Shown: positions 62,346 through 64,000 of the stretch, piece by piece
Layout: every line of letters starts with the position of its first letter
How positions within the stretch are numbered: position 1 is the stretch's first letter
Assembly: GCA_005223125.1 (NCBI GenBank)
Contig: NJBH01000011.1
Coordinates: 43,570-107,569 of the forward strand
Direction: 5' to 3'
DNA: 64,000 nucleotides
DNA from: Promethearchaeota archaeon Loki_b32
GTDB lineage: Archaea; Asgardarchaeota; Lokiarchaeia; Sigyniarchaeales; SOKP01
Made by a program: the position numbers and the translations under genes
Notes under the pieces: model-generated
What the model saw: the letters and a program-made list of their open reading frames with translations, nothing else
Told to the model about the DNA's origin: nothing
The model's database searches: none

Positions 62346-63338
62346 ATGAATAATATGAGTAAAATAATAAAATGGGGAATTTTAGGTAGTGGAAGGATAG
62401 CACATAAATTTGCTGGAGGATTAAAGGTACTTCCTGACGCAATATTGGAGGCTGTTTCTTCTAGAACAGAGGGAAAAGCTGAAAGTCTTGGTAAAATGTT
62501 TGGTGTGAAAAAAATTTATAATAATTATGAAGAATTGGTGAAGAATCCCGCTGTGGATGTTATATATATTGCGACTACTCATAATTTCCATTATGAAAAT
62601 GCATTACTCTGTCTAAATCACGGTAAACCAGTTCTCTGTGAAAAACCTCTTACATTGAATGCTATACAAGCTGAAGGGTTAATTAACACTGCCCGTAACA
62701 ATAATTTATTTTTAATGGAAGCAATGTGGACAAGATTTTTACCTTGTATTGTAAAATTAAATGAATTGTTAGATCAGGGAATATTAGGAGAAATTCAACA
62801 TTTTAAGGCTGACTTTGGAATTAAACAGGAATTAAACCTTAAAGGACGTTCATTCAATCCCGATCTAGGAGGGGGTGCATTGCTTGATCTAGGTGTCTAT
62901 CCTATTTCATTTGCAAGAATGATTTATAAACAATCTCCTTCAAAAATTAAAAGTAGCGCATATATTGGAAAAACAAAAGTGGATGAAAAATCTTGTTATT
63001 TATTTGAATATGAAAATGGACAAACTGCTATGCTTTCTTCTTCAAATAGACTGATTATGCCGCATGATGCTTTCATCTTTGGAACTAAAGGATATCTGGA
63101 AATTCCTAACTTTTTTCATCCATTAAAAATGATTTTGAGATCAGAAGGAAAACGAAAAAAAACGATTAAAAAACCTTTTAAATCAACTGGTTATAATTAT
63201 GAAGCAAATGAAGTAATGTATTGTCTAAATACGGGTAAACTTGAAAGTAAAATCATGCCATTAGATGAAACTTTAGAAATAATGAAAACTATGGATATTT
63301 TACGCTCTCAATGGCATTTTAAATATCCTGGAGAATAA
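62346..63338 (+). CDS. Gfo/Idh/MocA oxidoreductase
   Basis: WGILGSGRIA, CEKP, MEAMWTRF, GGGALLDLGVY. Confidence 0.92.
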   Translation: MNNMSKIIKWGILGSGRIAHKFAGGLKVLPDAILEAVSSRTEGKAESLGKMFGVKKIYNNYEELVKNPAVDVIYIATTHNFHYENALLCLNHGKPVLCEKPLTLNAIQAEGLINTARNNNLFLMEAMWTRFLPCIVKLNELLDQGILGEIQHFKADFGIKQELNLKGRSFNPDLGGGALLDLGVYPISFARMIYKQSPSKIKSSAYIGKTKVDEKSCYLFEYENGQTAMLSSSNRLIMPHDAFIFGTKGYLEIPNFFHPLKMILRSEGKRKKTIKKPFKSTGYNYEANEVMYCLNTGKLESKIMPLDETLEIMKTMDILRSQWHFKYPGE

Positions 63339-63686
63339 AAATTGATTACATTGGAATTTTAAAAATAGATAGTAAAGTAAAAAAGAAAGAGGATGTAGTA
63401 ACCAAAAATATTGAGATTGGTTATTAGCATCTATGAATAATTTTATCATTTTAAAATTAGAAGGGTACGAAAAAAACTAATTCACCGGGATTTATTATAG
63501 AGATACTTAAATCAATAAATTTCATTTTAGGACCTTTCTAGCTTTTAAATTAGAGTATAAATTTGGTTTTAAATTTTTCAGGTCGTCCTTTATAGATCAA
63601 GGGGCCTACCAAATGATAACCTTCTAGCAAGATTTATGATCTCAAATATTTGAATAAAAAAAATCATGTGTAATAAAGCAATTAAA

Positions 63687-64000
63687 TTATCTCACTATGA
63701 AACCTTGATAGAATTCATCATCCATTGAATATTTTGCTTTAGCATCCTTTTTCTTATAGTAATACCCAATTACTAGTCCAACTATACTCCCAATAACAAG
63801 TCCAGTTAAATTTAATATAGCTAAATAAGGAAAATACCAATCAATGGACAACTGAGATACTGCACATATATATATAGTAGGGGCAATAGTAGATAAGAAT
63901 CCTCCAATAATACCTACCATGATACCTATTTTTAAAGGAGATTGATCAGGTTTCCTCTTTTTCAAAGCAAAAATTACGCTGATAATTGATCCAAGTAAGA
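63687..64000 (-). CDS. Membrane protein, 5' end outside the window
   Basis: Frame open to the window edge; Gly-rich TM helices. Confidence 0.6.
   Translation of the reverse strand, partial: LLGSIISVIFALKKRKPDQSPLKIGIMVGIIGGFLSTIAPTIYICAVSQLSIDWYFPYLAILNLTGLVIGSIVGLVIGYYYKKKDAKAKYSMDDEFYQGFIVR

Overview
AT-rich archaeal chromosomal window, almost certainly from an Asgard archaeon (Lokiarchaeia/Promethearchaeia-like). This rests on an ESCRT cluster (Vps22/36-like, Vps25-like, Vps4, Vps2/24/46-like ESCRT-III), an adjacent Rab-like GTPase, a 7TM-longin-like protein, an LRR protein, a TFB-like gene and an intron-containing tRNA. Most of the window is housekeeping or metabolic (mtnA, dus, glgP, acyl-CoA ligase, Nop2/NIP7, pgk, larB/larC). 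Main findings: (1) a metallo-beta-lactamase-fold gene (28435-29112, -) is interrupted by a 30-nt stop-containing insert that folds into a bulge-helix-bulge (BHB) motif. Its canonical cut sites excise exactly that insert and restore the frame, making it a candidate tRNA-endonuclease-spliced mRNA intron. (2) A ~4.1-kb cassette (LRR, radical SAM, TcmP-like) sits between vps4 and ESCRT-III, bounded by a 78-bp imperfect direct repeat. (3) tRNA-Val(GAC) carries a D-loop intron. (4) A surface beta-propeller has six near-identical 186-bp blades that vary mostly at a few codons. (5) The first 7 kb is decaying: a TFB-like pseudogene, two helicase stubs joined tail to tail, a candidate structured RNA and an apparently inactive HerA-like ATPase fused to HhH. 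One DDE insertion sequence is present. All calls come from motif recognition by eye; no searches were run.
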